Positions 31,011 to 42,147 are shown, counted from the stretch's first letter. The stretch: 64,000 bases of DNA from Nitrospirota bacterium (GCA_963845065.1 CAWJQQ010000006.1:256001-320000); one strand, 5' to 3'. The notes: generated by a model not told the origin, from the letters alone. Made by a program: numbers and translations.

Positions 31011-32786
31011 CTAGAGACCGGGAATGCGCCGGCCGGGACGACGGCTCAGCTGCTGTTGTATCTCAAGCAGCCGTTTATATTCCTGACTGTTGCCTTGTTC
31101 TTCCGCGTCCTTGAGCGCCTTCACAATTTGCTTCATTTGCTTCTCTGGGTCCTGCTGTCTAATGGCATCGATGCAATCCTGGCAATGCTTCTCTGGATCG
31201 TCGTAATCCATCTCGAGAACGGCATAGTGTGAGAACAGCCTGTTTAATTCTTCATCGCCGTCCTGCATCAATGCCCTTAGGTCGAGCGAACCTGTTGCCT
31301 CCAGCACCTCGTAAATTCGTTCCACAGCCCTACGGAACAATGGGTCAGAAAAATCAAGGGGCTGGAGTTGCGTTTGCAGGTTTCGCGCTATGCCCTCATC
31401 CTTCAGCATGAGATGTACTAGGATTTCTTCAGCCTTCGGCCGATGCCCTCGTGAAAAAACTGCTGCCTTCTCACCCACTGTTGCTATGGCGTGCTTTCCC
31501 AGTTTCGGCATTTCCTGCCTGAGAACGGCCTCGTCGAGGTCAAGGGCCTCAGCTGTTTTTTTTAGATAGTAGTCACGTTCGATGCCGCTTGAAAGCTTAG
31601 CAATGAACTCGAGCATTTTCCCGGCCTTCTCAACCTTTTCATCGATTGAGGTCGCAGGGCCCTTTGTCACAACCTGGGTAATTACAAAGTCCATGAACTT
31701 TTCGGACTGGCGCAGGCGCTCTGCAAATACCTCCGGACCATGTTTTTGCAGAAACGTATCCGGATCGTCATTGTCCGGAAGCGAAACCACGTTCACTTTC
31801 ATCCCGCTCGATACGAAAAGGTCAAAACCCCGGAGCGATGCCTTTACGCCCGCCGGATCAGGATCAAATATCAGCACAAGCTTGTCTGCAAACCTTCGTA
31901 TGAGCCGCAGATGCCCTTCGGTCAGTGCCGTGCCCAGCGTAGCTACTGCGTTTCGCACCCCGAACTGGTGGCAGGCAATCGCATCGAGGTATCCCTCGAC
32001 GATGATGAAATATCCCTTCTTGCGGCCCGCATCCTTGGCCGCGTCCAGACAATAGAGTGTATTGCTCTTACTGTAAAGCGGGGTCTCCGAAGAATTAAGG
32101 TACTTCGGTAGCGAGTCATCCATCACCCTGCCTCCGAAGGCGATTATGTTTCCCATAATGTCGCGGATCGGGAACATGATCCTTCCCCGGAACCGGTCGT
32201 AGTGACCTTCTCCTTCGCTCCGTTTTACGATGAGTCCAGCCTTTTCCAGCTGATCGGAGGTGTGTCCCTTCAGCTTTAAATGTCGGAACAGGCCCTCCCA
32301 CTCGGGCCTGGCATAGCCAAGCCCAAAGTTTTTTATAATGGCGTCACTAAATCCACGCTTCGCGAGGTACACTCGCGCATGAATTCCCGCAACCCCTTCG
32401 AGTTCCTTCTGATAATAATTGGCTGCCTCAGCCATTGCGGCAAGGAGCACCGCGCGCTCATCTGCTGTTTTTTTTTCCTCTCTCTGCGACCTGCTGTCCA
32501 ACGGCAGTGCTATCCCCGCACGCTCAGCCAGCTTTCTGACCGCTTCGGGAAAGTTCAGTCCTTCCTGCAGCTCAACGAACTTGAACACATCGCCACCTGT
32601 GCCACACCCGAAGCAATGAAAGATCTGTTTGTCCTGGTTTACCGAGAACGATGGGGTCTTCTCGACATGAAAAGGACAGAGCCCCGTATGGTTCTTACCC
32701 GTCTTCTTCAGAGACACATATCCGGATATGATATCAACGATATCGACGCTGCCCCTGACTCGGCTTATGAGATCATCGGAGAACAC
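31011..32786 (-). CDS. dnaG: DNA primase
   Basis: CPFH..KTPSF zinc finger, KYLNS.ET, EGYLD, D.D.AG TOPRIM. Confidence 0.97.
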   Translation of the reverse strand: MFSDDLISRVRGSVDIVDIISGYVSLKKTGKNHTGLCPFHVEKTPSFSVNQDKQIFHCFGCGTGGDVFKFVELQEGLNFPEAVRKLAERAGIALPLDSRSQREEKKTADERAVLLAAMAEAANYYQKELEGVAGIHARVYLAKRGFSDAIIKNFGLGYARPEWEGLFRHLKLKGHTSDQLEKAGLIVKRSEGEGHYDRFRGRIMFPIRDIMGNIIAFGGRVMDDSLPKYLNSSETPLYSKSNTLYCLDAAKDAGRKKGYFIIVEGYLDAIACHQFGVRNAVATLGTALTEGHLRLIRRFADKLVLIFDPDPAGVKASLRGFDLFVSSGMKVNVVSLPDNDDPDTFLQKHGPEVFAERLRQSEKFMDFVITQVVTKGPATSIDEKVEKAGKMLEFIAKLSSGIERDYYLKKTAEALDLDEAVLRQEMPKLGKHAIATVGEKAAVFSRGHRPKAEEILVHLMLKDEGIARNLQTQLQPLDFSDPLFRRAVERIYEVLEATGSLDLRALMQDGDEELNRLFSHYAVLEMDYDDPEKHCQDCIDAIRQQDPEKQMKQIVKALKDAEEQGNSQEYKRLLEIQQQLSRRPGRRIPGL

Positions 32787-32787
32787 G

Positions 32788-35154
32788 TTATTTTTTCAGC
32801 TCCGCTACCGTTACGCCTGAACCGCCTTCATACGACTCCCCGGGCCGTATAGACGCGACGAGCGGATGGTTTTTTAAAAATTTCGTCACTGCGGCTTTGA
32901 GTGCTCCTGTTCCTAGCCCATGGATCACAGTAACAATCGAGAAGTGGCTGAGCCCTGCCCGATCGATAAACCGGTCGACTTCGGTCAGACCTTCTTCCAC
33001 ACGCAGACCGATGATGTTCAACCGATCCGAGGCAGTATCTTCCTCATAAAGCTTGGTGCTCCATCCGGAAAAAGTGGCAGCAGACCGCTGTTCCAGTATA
33101 GGTTCCGCTGGCGCTACATCGGCGGTCGGAAGCTTGATTTTTTTTCCGGATACCTCGAGCTCGATTGAGTCCCGGTTCAGAGCAAGAATGATTCCCGTCT
33201 TGTTCAGCTTCGTTATTTTCACCCTATCGCCAGCGTGAATATTTCGGACGAACCCAGGAACAGCAGCCTGCTGATCGATATCAGGCTCTAGTTTTTTCCG
33301 GAGCTTCTCGATTTCATCACTTTCCCGATTTGCTTCAGCTTGCTCAAGCCTCGCATTGCGAGAAACTTCGCGAAGCTTCTGCCTAAGAGCGTGCAGCACT
33401 TCGCGTGATTCTGACTTAGCTTGAAACCGGATGTCCCGTGCTTCTTCGCGGGCTTCCGCCAGCAAGGTAGCTGCCTCGCCACGGTCCCGCGCCGCGGCAG
33501 AACAATCTTGCTCTAGGGTATGACGTTCTAAGGCAAGCAGGCGTGACTCATTTTCCATGTGCTTGAGCAGGTCGTCAAGCCGTGTGTCGTCCTCGCCGAT
33601 CCTCACACGTGCGCAGCATATGACCTCTGCCGGTATTCCAAGCCTCGCTGCCATGTCCAGCCCGTAGCTTCTACCGGGCCGTCCTGGGATAAGACGATAT
33701 GTCGGCTTCAGCGTCTGTGGGTCGAAATCCATAGCTGCATTCGAGGCACCGTTCGTCTGAGAGCCGAAAAGCTTTAGAGTATTATGGTGAGTCGTCACCA
33801 AGGAGATACTGCCTCGCTTGATCAGGCTCTCGAGCACAGCTGCGCCAAGTCCCGCACCCTCACTTGGCTCCGTACCCGACCCAAGCTCATCAAGCAAAAT
33901 TAGGGAATCCTTATCTGCCTCTTGAAGAATCTCAGCAATCTGACTCACATGAGAAGAGAAGGTGCTCAAATTCTGTTCGATGCTTTGTTCATCGCCAATG
34001 TCTGCAAATACCGAACCGAAGTACGGCAGCTCGCTACCTTCGGCAGCTGTCACCGGCAGCCCGGATTGTGCCATGAAGCTTAAGAGCCCTACTGTCTTCA
34101 GAATCACGGTTTTCCCACCAGCATTCGGACCGCTTATAATCAGCACCCGATCACAGTTGCTAAGAATGATATCATTCGGCTCAACAGCGTTACCGCCCAT
34201 GCTCTTTTGCTTCCAGGCAAGCAGCGGATGGCGGGCAGTACGAAGCCGTATACTTCGTTCCCGGGTCAGCAGGGGGATAGCGCAATTGTAGTCCATGCCG
34301 AACCGTGCCCGGGCGTATATTCCATCGATCTCCGCGAGTACGTGAATCATATCCTCGATCGCACCGGATTCTTGTGACAGAAGACCAGTCAATTCCCGCA
34401 AAATGTGCTCTACTTCGTCATGTTCCTCCATGCGGAGTTCGGCGAGCCGATTGTTCTGCTCCAGCACATCAAGGGGCTCCACAAAGAGCGTGGCTCGCGA
34501 ACCAGATTGACCGTGCACAACGCCATTGATACTCTGCCGAAAACCGGGTTTGAGTGGGAGCACATACCTGTCATCGCGGATCGTGATCACCGGCTCTTGA
34601 ATGATCTTCTGAAAACTGCTTTCTTGGAGGATTCCCGACATCCGGGAGAGCACCTCTTCCCGAGTTCGCGCAAGGTGCTTGCGGATCTTGCGGAGGGTCG
34701 GGCTAGCAAAGTCCTTGACCTCAGCCCCCTCGTCTATCGCCGAGTAAACCGCGTCTTCAATATTCTTAAGTGGTCGAATCCTGTCAGCTTTCGCTGTGAT
34801 AAGCGGTGCTGAACTACTGCCATCAATCCGTTCAAAGAACTGCTTGATCTTTCTTGCGGCACCCAGTGTCGTTGCCGTATTTAGAAGCTCGGTCGGAGTG
34901 AGCATGCCTCCCAATATCCCAAGTTTTGCAACTACGTGCCCTATAGCAAGGATGCCGTCCAATGGCGGGTTCTCACCACGCTCCAAGATCTGAATCAATT
35001 CACTCGTTTCATTGAGGCGCTCTTCGGCTAATGGAAGATCATCTGCCGGCAGCATGTTGTGTACAAAAATTTTCCCGGCTTCTGAAGCAGCATATCCGGC
35101 AACAATGTTTACAATTTTGTTAAATTCGAGGACCCGCAGAGTATGTTCATTCAT
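32788..35154 (-). CDS. mutS2: Endonuclease MutS2
   Basis: GPNAGGKT, DIGDEQSIEQNLSTFSSH, LDELGSGT, C-terminal Smr IHGLGTG. Confidence 0.95.
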   Translation of the reverse strand: MNEHTLRVLEFNKIVNIVAGYAASEAGKIFVHNMLPADDLPLAEERLNETSELIQILERGENPPLDGILAIGHVVAKLGILGGMLTPTELLNTATTLGAARKIKQFFERIDGSSSAPLITAKADRIRPLKNIEDAVYSAIDEGAEVKDFASPTLRKIRKHLARTREEVLSRMSGILQESSFQKIIQEPVITIRDDRYVLPLKPGFRQSINGVVHGQSGSRATLFVEPLDVLEQNNRLAELRMEEHDEVEHILRELTGLLSQESGAIEDMIHVLAEIDGIYARARFGMDYNCAIPLLTRERSIRLRTARHPLLAWKQKSMGGNAVEPNDIILSNCDRVLIISGPNAGGKTVILKTVGLLSFMAQSGLPVTAAEGSELPYFGSVFADIGDEQSIEQNLSTFSSHVSQIAEILQEADKDSLILLDELGSGTEPSEGAGLGAAVLESLIKRGSISLVTTHHNTLKLFGSQTNGASNAAMDFDPQTLKPTYRLIPGRPGRSYGLDMAARLGIPAEVICCARVRIGEDDTRLDDLLKHMENESRLLALERHTLEQDCSAAARDRGEAATLLAEAREEARDIRFQAKSESREVLHALRQKLREVSRNARLEQAEANRESDEIEKLRKKLEPDIDQQAAVPGFVRNIHAGDRVKITKLNKTGIILALNRDSIELEVSGKKIKLPTADVAPAEPILEQRSAATFSGWSTKLYEEDTASDRLNIIGLRVEEGLTEVDRFIDRAGLSHFSIVTVIHGLGTGALKAAVTKFLKNHPLVASIRPGESYEGGSGVTVAELKK

Positions 35155-35388
35155 AAATCATGCCGCAGGTAGCTCATTCATACGACCCGATTCATCTGGC
35201 TGTAGCCTGAGCACACCGTCATGTGAAATCGTTCTCGGAGTTCGTTATTGGATTGTTGAAATAGATTGATAAAATGCAGGATCAAGTAAAAACTCCTAAA
35301 AAAATCAGGGGGCCTCGGTCTTGATGGCCCCCTGCGTCCGGCTTAACAAAAACTTAACATATCTATTACTTTTACTTTATTATTTTCT

Positions 35389-35832
35389 TTAACCCAGTGC
35401 ATTTTTTACCAGCTCACTAACGAGCTTTCCATCGGCGCGTCCACCCACGATAGGAACGAGCGTCTTCATAACCTTGCCCATGTCCTTTGCACTCTGCGCT
35501 CCAGACTGAGCAATGGCGTCTCGAACCATAATTTCAAGTTCTTCCCGCGTCAGTTGTTTTGGCAAATAAACTTCTAGTACTGTGATTTCAGCAGTCTCTT
35601 TATCCACCAGATCCTGCCTGCCACCTTTAGCAAATTGTTCGACCGAATCCCGACGCTGTTTGATGAGTGTTCGTGCAGTCTCGACCACTTCTTCTTCGGT
35701 CAGCGGTCGCCTTTTATCGATCTGCTTGTTCTTCAGTGCGGCGTTTAGCATGCGCAGAGTCGAAACCTTGTCTTTCGCTCCGGACTTGAGGGCTTCTTTT
35801 GTATCCGCTTCAATTCTCAAGCGTAATTCCAT
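35389..35832 (-). CDS. GatB/YqeY domain protein
   Basis: KQRRDSVEQF.KGGRQDL, YLP.QL, DMGKVM, GRADG. Confidence 0.92.
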   Translation of the reverse strand: MELRLRIEADTKEALKSGAKDKVSTLRMLNAALKNKQIDKRRPLTEEEVVETARTLIKQRRDSVEQFAKGGRQDLVDKETAEITVLEVYLPKQLTREELEIMVRDAIAQSGAQSAKDMGKVMKTLVPIVGGRADGKLVSELVKNALG

Positions 35833-35910
35833 TCCGCCCCTCTTATGAATCAAGTCAATCCTAATGGCACTGTAGTCAAGGTTCTTCCCTGAGCTGGATC
35901 ATTAGGATGT

Positions 35911-36111
35911 TTAGTTATGCCTGGACAGACGAGCTGTCTTGGCGGCTTTTTTTCGAGCAGCCAGTGCTTTTTTCTTTCGCTTTACGCTAGGCTTCTCATA
36001 ATGCTCTCTTTTTTTTACCTCGGAAAGCACACCTTCCTTTTCAATGCTTTTTTTAAACCTCCGAAGTGCGGCCTCAAAAGGCTCATTCTCCCTTAACCTT
36101 ATACTTGGCAC
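35911..36111 (-). CDS. rpsU: 30S ribosomal protein bS21
   Basis: [27 protein letters not shown]. Confidence 0.96.
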   Translation of the reverse strand: MPSIRLRENEPFEAALRRFKKSIEKEGVLSEVKKREHYEKPSVKRKKKALAARKKAAKTARLSRHN

Positions 36112-36355
36112 TCTCGCGACACCCCCCTCCAGACGAAACACATTGTAATATATGAATATTTATTGTTTATGCCGTTTTGAAAGTGATCTACAAAGATATA
36201 AACAAGGAAACCGCTCCTTCTTAATCTTGAGAAGCGGCATAATCATTAAAATTAACAAGTCTATTAGTGAAAGTCAAGTGAAATTAGCGTTACTTTTTCA
36301 GTAACTTTCAGGACAAAATGATGCTAGTAATGCCATACTATAATTCTTATCATAG

Positions 36356-37561
36356 TCAGCTCCGGTATGCGGCATTTATCTTTACATATTCATACGACAT
36401 GTCGCATGTCCAGACCGTGGCATTCCCTTTACCCTTATGCAAATCAATGGTGATTTGAATATCCCGCTGCTTAAGAGCTAGTGCTGCATCGCGCTCGGAT
36501 GTCTTACCTTGGCCCAATCCCTTTTCGACAAGCCTGGCTTTGCCAATTGAGATGTCCGTCCTTCCCTCGTCCATGTCTACTCCTGCGTACCCTAATGCGG
36601 CCATAATTCTTCCCCAGTTTGCATCTTCGCCGAAAAGCGCGGTTTTTACAAGGCTGGACCTGGCAACGGTCACAGCTGCACGTTTGGCTTCAACCGGGTT
36701 TTTCGCATTTTTCACTTCAATCTCTACGAATTTCGTCGCACCTTCGCCATCGCGAACTACTTGTTTAGCAAGCGATAGTGTAATCGTATCAAGGCATGCC
36801 TGAAACTTCTTAAGATCTTTGGTCCCGGGGGCAATCCTCTTGTTTCCCGCGGATCCATTCGCCATGCATAGGATCGTATCGTTCGTACTGGTCTCACCAT
36901 CTACTGTAATATTATTGAAAGAGCGCTCGGTCGAAGCGAGCAGGACTTTCTTGAACAGCGGTGCGGATATTGCTGCATCGGTCACAATAAAACAGAGCAT
37001 CGTCGCCATGTCCGGGTGAATCATTCCCGATCCCTTAGCAATGCCTCCGACCGTAATCGTCTTGCCGCCGATCTCTTCCTGAACGATGGACAGTTTCGGG
37101 TACATATCCGTGGTCATAATTGCCTCTGCCGCCTGCTCCCAACCAGTCGCCGAAAGGAGCCCTGCTGCAGTCGAGATGCCCGTCGATATTTTCGGCACCG
37201 GAAGGAACTCTCCGATAACCCCGGTTGATGCCACATATATGACGTCAGGTTTCAGCCCGAAAGTACGAGCAGCCACTTCTGCGGTCGCGCGTGCGTCTGC
37301 AAGACCGCGTTTTCCCGTGCATGCGTTGGCACAGCCACTATTAGCTATTATCACCTGTCCCTTTCCGGATTTTACTTTAGCCATGTCCAGGAGAACGGGC
37401 GCCGCCTTTACACGGTTTTTCGTAAATACACCGACGACCGAAGCCTCTCGATCGGAATGAATGATCGCTAGGTCTTTTTTCTCGTTCTTCTTGATCCCGC
37501 ACGTGATGCCCCACACCTTGTAACCGGGAACGGAAAAACTTTTTGTATCCAAAGTTCTCAT
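36356..37561 (-). CDS. argJ: Glutamate N-acetyltransferase/ornithine acetyltransferase
   Basis: ANSGCANACTG, IMTTD, KGSGMIHPDMATML, DGEGATK, INAAYRS. Confidence 0.96.
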   Translation of the reverse strand: MRTLDTKSFSVPGYKVWGITCGIKKNEKKDLAIIHSDREASVVGVFTKNRVKAAPVLLDMAKVKSGKGQVIIANSGCANACTGKRGLADARATAEVAARTFGLKPDVIYVASTGVIGEFLPVPKISTGISTAAGLLSATGWEQAAEAIMTTDMYPKLSIVQEEIGGKTITVGGIAKGSGMIHPDMATMLCFIVTDAAISAPLFKKVLLASTERSFNNITVDGETSTNDTILCMANGSAGNKRIAPGTKDLKKFQACLDTITLSLAKQVVRDGEGATKFVEIEVKNAKNPVEAKRAAVTVARSSLVKTALFGEDANWGRIMAALGYAGVDMDEGRTDISIGKARLVEKGLGQGKTSERDAALALKQRDIQITIDLHKGKGNATVWTCDMSYEYVKINAAYRS

Positions 37562-37598
37562 GAGTATACCCCTATCAGTAATGATTTGGAAACTTCTA

Positions 37599-38651
37599 TC
37601 ACGGGAAAAGCCCCGCGATCTTAATACCTTCCATTTCATGAATTCCCATCATCAGGTTCATGTTCTGGATTGCCTGCCCTGATGCTCCTTTCACGAGGTT
37701 ATCGATGGCAGAAACCACGATAACCCTACCCGTGCGGCTATCGACATAGATCCCAATATCGCAGAAATTGGATCCCCGCACGTTCCGTACATTCGGAAAC
37801 TCTCCGGGATCCAGAACCCGCACAAATGGTTCATCCCGATAGAATTCTCGATAAAGCGTGTGCACCGCTCCTGTATCGGTTGATGAGTTCAATGTGGCAT
37901 AACTCGTCGTTAGTATCCCGCGGTTTATGGGAATAAGATGCGGTGTAAATGAAACCTTCACTTGGTGCCCGGCTAACATCGTCAGTTCTTGTTCTATTTC
38001 AGGTGTATGCCGATGTGTCCCAACTTTGTATGCCATCAAGCCTTCATTGACCTCCGGATAATGGTACACGAGCGAAGGGCTACGACCTGCACCGGTTACT
38101 CCCGACTTGGAATCGATGATAACGCTCGTAAGATTTACGAACCCTTTTTTTATGAGAGGCGCAAGCGACAGGATAGCGCCGGTCGGATAGCAGCCAGGAT
38201 TAGCAACAAGTGAAGCCTTCCTGATCTTATCCCTGTGTAGTTCAGGCAAGCCGTAGACTGCACTCCTAAGAAGTTCGGGGTACTGATGACAATGCTCGTA
38301 CCATGTTTCGTAGACCGTCGGGTCAGCGAGTCGGTAGTCGGCGGAAAGATCGACAACCTTTTTGCCGAGGTGATGGAAGCGGAATGCCGCTTCCTGGGCT
38401 GTTACATGGGGTAGCGCCAGAAAGACGAAATCTATTTTTTGAGCTATAGCCTCCGGGTCAAGCGGTTCACAGACGAGATCCGTTAAGCCGGTAAGATGGG
38501 GAAAGATAGAGGCGAGTGGTTTTCCGGCAGATTTCTCCGATGTGACCGTTGTAATCCGAACTCGTGGGTGATTAAAGAGCAATCGGTACAGCTCGCCTCC
38601 GGTGTACCCGCTCGACCCCACAATCGCTATGTTCACTTTCTCTAGAACCAT
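37599..38651 (-). CDS. argC: N-acetyl-gamma-glutamyl-phosphate reductase
   Basis: GSSGYTG, ANPGCYPT, HRHTPEI, DNLVKGASGQA. Confidence 0.97.
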   Translation of the reverse strand: MVLEKVNIAIVGSSGYTGGELYRLLFNHPRVRITTVTSEKSAGKPLASIFPHLTGLTDLVCEPLDPEAIAQKIDFVFLALPHVTAQEAAFRFHHLGKKVVDLSADYRLADPTVYETWYEHCHQYPELLRSAVYGLPELHRDKIRKASLVANPGCYPTGAILSLAPLIKKGFVNLTSVIIDSKSGVTGAGRSPSLVYHYPEVNEGLMAYKVGTHRHTPEIEQELTMLAGHQVKVSFTPHLIPINRGILTTSYATLNSSTDTGAVHTLYREFYRDEPFVRVLDPGEFPNVRNVRGSNFCDIGIYVDSRTGRVIVVSAIDNLVKGASGQAIQNMNLMMGIHEMEGIKIAGLFP

Positions 38652-38703
38652 GTCATAAACCCGTTATTGAACTGATCACGATACACATCCTCCAGAGGAC
38701 AAT

Positions 38704-38738
38704 AGAAAAGGGAAGGCATCTCTACCTTCCCTTTTTCT
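38704..38738 (-). terminator. Intrinsic terminator after rpsI
   Basis: aaaagggaagg-catctcta-ccttccctttt hairpin. Confidence 0.7.
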
Positions 38739-38784
38739 AAACAGGATCTGTAACGCAAGAGAACACAGATAGGTATATAATCCC

Positions 38785-39186
38785 TTATCTCTTCGAGAAC
38801 TGGAACCGGGCACGCGCGCCCTTCTGACCGTATTTTTTTCGCTCTTTTGCCCTGGGGTCGCGGGTCAAGAGTCCCTCCTTGCGCAGTTTGCCGCGAGACT
38901 CGGCGTCCACGGCAAGAAGCGCCTTGGATATACCATGTCTGATTGCCCCTGCTTGGCCGGAGTTACCGCCGCCAAGTACGCTGACGAGAACATCAAATTT
39001 ATCCACGGTGCCAGTAACCTCAAAGGGCTGGCGAATGATCATCTTGAGCACGTCCCTGCCGAAGTACTGGTCTATGGACTTCTCGTTAATAGTTACTTTC
39101 CCACTTCCAGGCATCAGCCACACCCTAGCGATGGAGTTTTTGCGCTTACCCGTTGCGTAATATCTGGACACTGTTGCTGCTGACAT
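38785..39186 (-). CDS. rpsI: 30S ribosomal protein uS9
   Basis: TGKRK...[18 protein letters not shown]. Confidence 0.97.
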   Translation of the reverse strand: MSAATVSRYYATGKRKNSIARVWLMPGSGKVTINEKSIDQYFGRDVLKMIIRQPFEVTGTVDKFDVLVSVLGGGNSGQAGAIRHGISKALLAVDAESRGKLRKEGLLTRDPRAKERKKYGQKGARARFQFSKR

Positions 39187-39219
39187 TAAAATCCTCCTAA
39201 ACGGATTTGCCGTAATTCT

Positions 39220-39648
39220 TTAGAGTTTCATCTCAACGGGCTGCTGTGCGCTGTGCGGATGTTTTTCCCCGGCGTACACTTTGAGTTTGCTGAGCATCTG
39301 CTTGCCAAGCCGTGTCTTCGGAAGCATACCCTCCACTGCCTTTTTAAATACGTCCTCGGGCTTGCTCTTGAGCAATTTACCAGCGGTAATAGACTTAAGA
39401 CCGCCAGGATATCCGGAATGGCTATAGTACGTCTTCTGGTCGTGTTTTTTGCCAGTCAGATGAATTTTTTCTGCATTCACTACAATTACGAAGTCGCCGG
39501 TGTCCACGTGTTTCGTGAAAACCGGCTTAGTCTTGCCTTTGAGCACTGATGCAACAACAGAAGCCAGCCTTCCAAGGGTTTTACCATTTGCGTCTACTAC
39601 GTGCCAACTCCTTTGAATTTCTTCCTTTTTTGCTGAATAAGTTCCCAT
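39220..39648 (-). CDS. rplM: 50S ribosomal protein uL13
   Basis: [37 protein letters not shown]. Confidence 0.97.
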   Translation of the reverse strand: MGTYSAKKEEIQRSWHVVDANGKTLGRLASVVASVLKGKTKPVFTKHVDTGDFVIVVNAEKIHLTGKKHDQKTYYSHSGYPGGLKSITAGKLLKSKPEDVFKKAVEGMLPKTRLGKQMLSKLKVYAGEKHPHSAQQPVEMKL

Positions 39649-40303
39649 TATGCCCGCCTCACTGCCGTGTTATTTTTTTATCAAGAATTGCGAATATAAA
39701 CAATTTAGGCTGTTTTGTCAAGCCTTTTATGAAATATTCTAGCAAAAATTCAAAAGTCAAGAACCCAGCTCCAAGACGCGGGGCATGTTAGTACAGTATG
39801 ACGATGCTGTGCTAGCCAAGGCTATGCCAAGGCTTACTTTGAATAATGGGAATTTCCAGCCCCCGTTATAACCCCATCGTCAAGAATGACATCCATACCC
39901 GTAATATATGGTGGATTCTGTCATGGTTTGTTAAAAGTTTATTTGGAGAAGTACCTGATACCATCGGAAAATCAATGCTGTAGGAGTGCTGTAGGAGTAA
40001 TAAATGTATGTTTTTGCTTTTTTTATTTGATATAATTTTCAATAATTATACAGGTCTTATAACCGGTACGGTCAAATGTTTTCATTAGAAGAATTAAAAA
40101 AAATAATGGCCCTAGTTTAAAAAACTTTGGTTTTCTGGCAAGAAAAATTGGTGGTATCTTCCACCGCCTTTTGATTTAACTATTCAAATCTCGGCAATAA
40201 GTACTTCCCAGACGTTTCATCGTGAATGCTTTTTAGGAAAATTGCGTCGAAACGTCACATGCTTTAGCTTTGGAGTGTCAAATTATGCTTTTTGAACATC
40301 CTC

Positions 40304-40600
40304 TCACCTGTCACGGAGTTCAACAGGGAAAGAGGTCACATAGCCAATCGCTGTGCCGATTAGACCACCAACCACGATGCTAACCGAAGCTGCGCACGCG
40401 ATTCCACCCACGATACCCATAACTATGGCTGTTCGCACTAAGAGCGTCTGCTCAACCGTACCACCCATCAATTTTTAAAGCAAGATTAGCGTACCATAGC
40501 TCCCAAAATAGAACCCAGGTATGTTTCCGAATACTACAAACGCCAGCCCTCCGACTGTTACTCCGATCTTCATCCTCGCTTTTACGGTTTCATACTTCAT
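40304..40600 (-). pseudogene. Small Gly-rich membrane protein paralogue with internal TAA
   Basis: MKYETVKARMKIGVTVGGLAFVVFGNIPGFYFGSYGTLILL*KLMGGTVEQTLLVR...IGYV; stop at 40475-40477; resembles the upstream ORF. Confidence 0.72.
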
Positions 40601-40602
40601 GG

Positions 40603-40938
40603 CTAACTTTTTTCCTCCGCTTTGGGTAGGGTTTTCCCCTCTCCTACGTCCTTTGCGTGCACTCCCGATTCAAGGACCTTGCCGATGACCCAGCCGATCG
40701 TGGACGATGCGGTCACGATAACGATACCTGAGACAAAAACGCCAGTGAGCATGGCTACCAAAACAATCATTCTCGATATGAGACTTGGTTCGAGTGGAAG
40801 CCCGAAGAGCCAGCCAGCTATGTTGATACCTGCAGCTCCTCCTAAAAGGCTCCCAGGCAGTAGTCCAAATAGTGCAAACAAGGCTAAACCAACTCCTGCA
40901 CCGATGTATGTTGTTTTTCTCGCGATAGTAATCTTCAT
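40603..40938 (-). CDS. Small Gly-rich integral membrane protein
   Basis: GAGVGLALFALFGLLPGSLLGG...GWVIG; AAGGAGG RBS. Confidence 0.8.
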   Translation of the reverse strand: MKITIARKTTYIGAGVGLALFALFGLLPGSLLGGAAGINIAGWLFGLPLEPSLISRMIVLVAMLTGVFVSGIVIVTASSTIGWVIGKVLESGVHAKDVGEGKTLPKAEEKS

Positions 40939-40976
40939 GATTGTTTCCTCCTTTGCGTTGTACTTTCTATTATAAT

Positions 40977-41011
40977 TGCATCAAACATGCCAGAACGTAA
41001 CCACTTGATTT
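40977..41011 (-). promoter_or_regulatory. sigma54 (-24/-12) promoter with adjacent IHF-like site
   Basis: TGGCATGTTTGATGCA (40992-40977) and AATCAAGTGGTTA (WATCAANNNNTTR) just upstream. Confidence 0.7.
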
Positions 41012-41135
41012 CATGAGACCCACCGCAAAATTTTTTTTGCAAGCCTGAGAAAACCCGATAAACTCCATGTTAAAAATGCAAAAAAATTTCATATGAATTT
41101 AACATCATAAAAAAGGGCAGAAGGTGAAATTTTTC

Positions 41136-41164
41136 TTGAAATGCACTAATATATATGGTATTTT
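41136..41164 (+). promoter_or_regulatory. sigma70 promoter of rpsB
   Basis: TTGAAA-17 nt-TATTTT with TG extension. Confidence 0.6.
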
Positions 41165-41198
41165 AAGGATCACCTTTTTAAGAAGGCAATCTTATATT

Positions 41199-41290
41199 CC
41201 ACACGCGCCGGGACTTTGAGCAGGGTGCTCCGCGATAGACAGTAGCGGGGTCTGCGGAAAGGATGATCGGTGCGGCGGTAAAAACCATAA
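41199..41290 (+). ncRNA. rpsB (S2) 5' leader, putative autoregulatory RNA
   Basis: CACACGC...GGGTGC...GGCGGTAAAAACC pattern immediately before the rpsB RBS. Confidence 0.6.
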
Positions 41291-41301
41291 GGAGGGACAT
41301 T

Positions 41302-42099
41302 ATGTCCACGATCACCATGAAGGAGTTGTTGGAAGCAGGTGTACATTTCGGCCACCAGGCAAAGCGCTGGAATCCCAAGATGAAGAAGTATATCTTCGGA
41401 GAACGGAACGGGATCTACATCATTGATCTTCAGAAAACGCTGAAACTGTTTAAGGAGGCATATGATTTCGTCCGTACTTCGGCCTCCGAAGGAAAGGATA
41501 TCCTTTTTGTCGGCACCAAGAAGCAGGCTCAGGATGCTATTACAGAAGAAGCCAAGCGATGCGGTATGTACTATGTATCCAACCGTTGGCTCGGTGGCAT
41601 GCTCACGAATTTTGCTACCATCCGCAAGAGTATCGACAGGTTAAAAAAGATAGAAAAAATGAAGGACGACGGCACTTACGATAAGCTGACGAAAAAAGAA
41701 GTATCCGGTCTTGAAAAAGAACGAACGAAACTGGAAAAAATTCTCTCTGGCATTAAGGCAATGTCGCAGCCGCCATCTCTGGTCTTCGTCATCGACCCCC
41801 GCAAAGAAGCTATCGCAGTCCAGGAAGCAAATAAGCTAAACATTCCTGTGGTAGCCGTAGTAGACACGAACTGCGACCCAGACGACATCGATTATGTCAT
41901 CCCCGGGAATGACGATGCTATCCGTGCTATCCGGCTTATGGCGTCAAAAGTTGCCGATGCCATCATCGAGGGCAGACAGGCCATTGTCAAGGAACAGGGT
42001 GAAGCTATAGAAGCAGCGAAAGCAGCAGGCGAAGTAGAAGTTGCTGTCGAGCCGGTGGCAGAGACGGGCGATGCCGAAATCGAGGACGACACCGAATAA
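41302..42099 (+). CDS. rpsB: 30S ribosomal protein uS2
   Basis: [30 protein letters not shown]. Confidence 0.97.
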   Translation: MSTITMKELLEAGVHFGHQAKRWNPKMKKYIFGERNGIYIIDLQKTLKLFKEAYDFVRTSASEGKDILFVGTKKQAQDAITEEAKRCGMYYVSNRWLGGMLTNFATIRKSIDRLKKIEKMKDDGTYDKLTKKEVSGLEKERTKLEKILSGIKAMSQPPSLVFVIDPRKEAIAVQEANKLNIPVVAVVDTNCDPDDIDYVIPGNDDAIRAIRLMASKVADAIIEGRQAIVKEQGEAIEAAKAAGEVEVAVEPVAETGDAEIEDDTE

Positions 42100-42147
42100 T
42101 AAGCGGAACTTGGTATAGTGGAAAAGATTAAGGGGGGATTCTGAGAA

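Noticed and set aside
39790..40260. AT-rich gap with short tandem duplications (tgctgtaggag x2, gccaaggct x2) and a weak sigma54-like site
   Set aside because: No downstream ORF or recognisable structure; most likely decayed sequence.
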